DNA of 64,000 bases from an uncultured Chloroflexia bacterium (GTDB lineage: Bacteria > Chloroflexota > Limnocylindria > Limnocylindrales > CSP1-4): assembly GCA_963768655.1 (NCBI GenBank), contig CAVYIM010000004.1, forward strand, positions 672,001-736,000, written 5' to 3'. The position numbers were made by a program, and so were the translations under genes. Numbering within the stretch: the stretch's first letter is position 1; every line of letters starts with the position of its first letter. Under the pieces are notes generated by a model. It saw only the letters and a program-made list of their open reading frames with translations, was not told the origin of the DNA and did not search any database. Shown in pieces: positions 62,070-64,000 of the stretch.

Positions 62070-62966
62070 GTGCTTTCGACAACTCCTGCGAGCTTCGTCC
62101 GCACGCCCGCCACGGCCAAGATCCGCGGCGGGCGTGCGGCTCTCGCCCTGTTACCGTTCGCCGCCCTGGTCTTGCTCTTCCTCGTGCTGCCGACGCTGTC
62201 GCTGATCTGGGGCAGCCTCCATAACAGCAGGACGGGCGGTTTCACCCTGGGGAATTACTCGTACCTCGGGCATCCGCTCGATCTGGTCCCGTTCGCCAAC
62301 TCGCTCGAACTCTCGCTGGCCGCGACGGTGCTGGGCGGCATGATCGGTCTGCTCATCGCCCAGGCGATCGTGTCGTCGCGCCGGCCCATCGTCCAGGAGA
62401 TCGCAACTACCTTCAGCAGCGTGGCCGCCAACTTCGCCGGCGTGCCCCTGGCCTTCGCCTTCATAGCGACGCTCGGCGCCAACGGGCTGCTGACGAAGGA
62501 GCTGCTCAACGCCGGCGTGGATATCTACGGCGGCGGATTCAAGCTCTATTCGGTCCTCGGCCTCACGGTCGTATACGCGTACTGGGAAATACCCCTGATG
62601 GTGCTCGTAATGCTGCCGCCGCTTCAGGCGATGAAGCCGGCCTGGCGCGAGGCGGCGGAGATCCTTGGCGCCACCAGATGGCAGTACCTGCGGTCAGTCG
62701 CCATCCCGATCCTCATGACGCCGTTCATCTCCTCGCTACTGCTCCTCTACGCCAATGCGTTTGGAGCGTATGCCACGGCGTACGGGTTGACGACCGGGTT
62801 CGTGCCGCTCGTCCCCCTTCAGATCTCGAACCTGGTCAATGGCGACGTCAACTTCGATCCAGGCCTGGCGGACGCGCTGGCGATCGGACTGGCCGTGATC
62901 ATGGCCGTCTGCATTGGGGGCCGGGCCGTCCTGGAGCGGCGGTCGGCCCGGTGGCTGGCGCGGTGA
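62070..62966 (+). CDS. ABC transporter permease
   Basis: NFAGVPLAFAF, EAA motif WREAAEILGA. Confidence 0.9.
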   Translation: MLSTTPASFVRTPATAKIRGGRAALALLPFAALVLLFLVLPTLSLIWGSLHNSRTGGFTLGNYSYLGHPLDLVPFANSLELSLAATVLGGMIGLLIAQAIVSSRRPIVQEIATTFSSVAANFAGVPLAFAFIATLGANGLLTKELLNAGVDIYGGGFKLYSVLGLTVVYAYWEIPLMVLVMLPPLQAMKPAWREAAEILGATRWQYLRSVAIPILMTPFISSLLLLYANAFGAYATAYGLTTGFVPLVPLQISNLVNGDVNFDPGLADALAIGLAVIMAVCIGGRAVLERRSARWLAR

Positions 62967-62976
62967 GGAGGATGGC

Positions 62977-63870
62977 ATGAGCAGCCCATCGATCACCGGC
63001 GAAGCGACCGAAGAGGCGATCGCCATCCTCCCCGGAGCCCGCGCCAGGGAGAAAGCTGCGCGGCGAACGGGACGCGCTCGCCGGACCCCGGTCTGGGCGA
63101 TAGTCGTGCTGGCGGTGGCGATCGTCTATTTCCTGCTGCCGCTGTACGCGACGGCCGTGTTCGGGTTCTCGACCGGAAAGCACTTCACCCTGCAGCCTCT
63201 TTGGGACGGGCTGGGCGACGACGGCTTTCATTCGGCGCTGATCCTGAGCCTGACCTACTCGATCGTGACGACCGTGCTTGCCCTCGTTGTGGTCGCCCCG
63301 ACGGCCTATCTGGTGGAGCTCCGCTTCCCACGCCTGCGCGCCACGGTCGAGTTCCTGACGATCCTCCCGTTCGTGATCCCGCCCATCATCCTGGCCGTTG
63401 GGCTCGAGACGGTCTACGGCATCAACTCGCCCGTAAACCTGATCAGCTCGTCCTGGGCGCCCGTCCTGCTCACCGGTGGCTATTTCGTTCTGACCCTGCC
63501 GTTCGTGTTCCGCGCCATCGACAACGCGCTGCGCGCCGTGGACGTTCGGATGCTGAGCGAGGCCGCGGCCAGCCTGGGCGCCAGCCCGACGCGCGCGTTC
63601 CTGCAGGTGATCGTGCCCTCCATTTCGCTGGGGTTGGTTTCGGGGGCGCTCCTCGCGTTCACCACTGCCATGGGAGAGTTCACGCTGGCTGCCCTGCTCG
63701 GCTATGCCACGTTCCCCGTCTACCTCTTGAACCTGAATGGCTACCTGCCGCGAATGGGTGAGGCGCTCGTTCTGGTTAGCTTCCTCATCACCTGGGCGGG
63801 CGTGATCGCGCTGGCCGTCGTGGCCCGCAGGACACCCGGCACGCAGGTCATCCGCGGCGGCCCAATGTAA
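62977..63870 (+). CDS. ABC transporter permease
   Basis: LPFVIPPII, EAAASLGAS, MGEFT. Confidence 0.9.
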   Translation: MSSPSITGEATEEAIAILPGARAREKAARRTGRARRTPVWAIVVLAVAIVYFLLPLYATAVFGFSTGKHFTLQPLWDGLGDDGFHSALILSLTYSIVTTVLALVVVAPTAYLVELRFPRLRATVEFLTILPFVIPPIILAVGLETVYGINSPVNLISSSWAPVLLTGGYFVLTLPFVFRAIDNALRAVDVRMLSEAAASLGASPTRAFLQVIVPSISLGLVSGALLAFTTAMGEFTLAALLGYATFPVYLLNLNGYLPRMGEALVLVSFLITWAGVIALAVVARRTPGTQVIRGGPM

Positions 63871-63894
63871 GCAGCTGTAAGGGCAGGATCGGCC

Positions 63895-64000
63895 ATGTCT
63901 CGTCTCGAACTGATCAACGTCAGCAAACGCTTCGGCGCCCAGGTTGCCGTGTCTGACTTCAACCTGACCGTCGAAGACGGTGAGCTCGTCTCGTTCCTCG
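63895..64000 (+). CDS. ABC transporter ATP-binding protein (N-terminus, truncated by window)
   Basis: MSRLELINVSKRFGAQVAVSDFNLTVEDGELVSFL, leading toward the Walker A motif. Confidence 0.8.
   Translation, partial: MSRLELINVSKRFGAQVAVSDFNLTVEDGELVSFL

Overview
High-GC bacterial chromosomal window. The gene content and many leaderless starts would fit a Chloroflexota/Actinomycetota-like organism, but this is inference only. In order: an AmmeMemoRadiSam radical SAM gene; a hypA-F-C-D-E hydrogenase maturation operon with no hypB and no hydrogenase; an HTH/PD-(D/E)XK gene; and a ~13.7 kb sulfur-handling island (8.2-21.9 kb) bracketed by two convergent ArsR-headed operons. The island holds 3 DsrE-type proteins, 2 TusA, 2 rhodaneses, TauE+DUF1634, 2 methyltransferases, a duplicated lgt and an orphan Qmo/Hdr-like complex. 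That complex comprises a cysteine-rewired MvhD, an HdrA with an inserted GltD-type NAD(P)H module, a second HdrA, a small wHTH protein and a QmoC-like membrane subunit, with no HdrB, AprAB or DsrAB in the window. It is the best candidate for an undescribed system. The rest is largely housekeeping or regulatory: class III aminotransferase, MMPL/TetR, two-component and HD-GYP genes, OsmC, YcaQ, GlgX, sufBD-Rieske, ECF sigma/anti-sigma, MenG, Lgt, PckG, Mdh, asparaginase II, GltX, a PhoP-like regulator, PiT and an ABC transporter behind a PHO-box-like repeat. A second highlight is that sufB carries two short AT-rich synonymous patches centred on junctions I recall as SufB intein insertion sites. 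Two single-base frameshifts (gltX and a lytic transglycosylase) probably reflect sequencing indels. No rRNA, tRNA, CRISPR array or transposase was recognised. All calls are from motif recognition by eye; no database searches were run.
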